NCBI GenBank assembly: GCA_973895155.1
Contig: OZ316894.1
Span: 18,134,563-18,198,562, forward strand
Source of the DNA: Marsupella aquatica
Lineage: Eukaryota; Plantae; Marchantiophyta
Direction of reading: 5' to 3'
DNA: 64,000 nucleotides
Below are positions 63,595 through 64,000 of the stretch, in pieces; positions within the stretch are counted from its first letter, which is position 1; every line of letters starts with the position of its first letter. The translations under genes and the position numbers were made by a program. The notes below the pieces were generated by a model. That model had not been told where the DNA came from. It searched no databases and was given only the letters and a program-made list of their open reading frames with translations.

Positions 63595-64000
63595 CAGTCC
63601 ATCTACTGTAGGCTTCATACACAAAGTGGAGGTCAAAGCGAGTCCATCTAGGCTTCATAGAGGTCCATCCTGGCTTTAGTTTCACTATCCATGGGAGAGT
63701 AGAAATAATGAGAGCTCCATCTAGGCTTCATGACAAAGTGGAGGTCCAAGCCAGTCCATCTAGGCTTCATAGAGGTCCATCCTGGCTTTAGTTTTACTAT
63801 CCATGGGAGAGTAGAAATAATAGGAACTCCATCTAGGCTTCATAGTCAAAGTGGAGGTCCAAGAGAGTCCATCTAGGCTTCATAGAGGTCCATCCTGGCT
63901 TTAGTTTCACTATCCATGGGAGAGTATAAATAATAGGAACTCCATCTAGGCTTCATGGACAAAGTGGAGTTCCAAACAAATCCATCTAGGCTCAATAGAG
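63595..64000. repeat. ~113-bp tandem satellite, at least 3.5 copies, running off the window end
   Basis: gtccatctaggcttcatagagg at 63642, 63754 and 63867, partial at ~63980. The internal sub-repeat tccatctaggcttcat occurs twice per unit. Confidence 0.93.

Overview
Nuclear genomic DNA of a land plant, most likely one with flagellated sperm (bryophyte/lycophyte/fern grade; inferred from a spliced SPEF1 gene alongside plastid-targeted PSB27 and RPL4). I assembled eight protein-coding genes by hand, in strictly alternating orientation: FYVE4-like (-, 3' end outside the window), PSB27 (+), SPEF1-like (-, 9 small exons, essentially invisible in the ORF track), CBF5/dyskerin (+), a DUF819 membrane protein (-, 13 exons), an STR6-like TrhO/rhodanese-FSH1 fusion (+, 8 exons), YAK1 kinase (-, 16 exons, one GC-AG intron) and plastid RPL4 (+). 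There is one tRNA-Pro(CGG) gene with decayed partial copies. The intergenic DNA holds a decayed Copia-type LTR element (5-bp TSD GTACA, iMet PBS) filled with nested sequence, plus MITE-like elements, a tRNA-derived element and many tandem repeats. The most unusual signal lies inside the LTR element. Two diverged copies (~8226-8512 and ~11232-11534) of a ~290-nt element fold by eye into the same multi-helix structure, with at least six fully compensatory base-pair changes, invariant loops and a possible loop-loop contact. I cannot assign it to any RNA family I recognise. Gene names come from remembered family motifs, not database searches, and the folds were made by eye.
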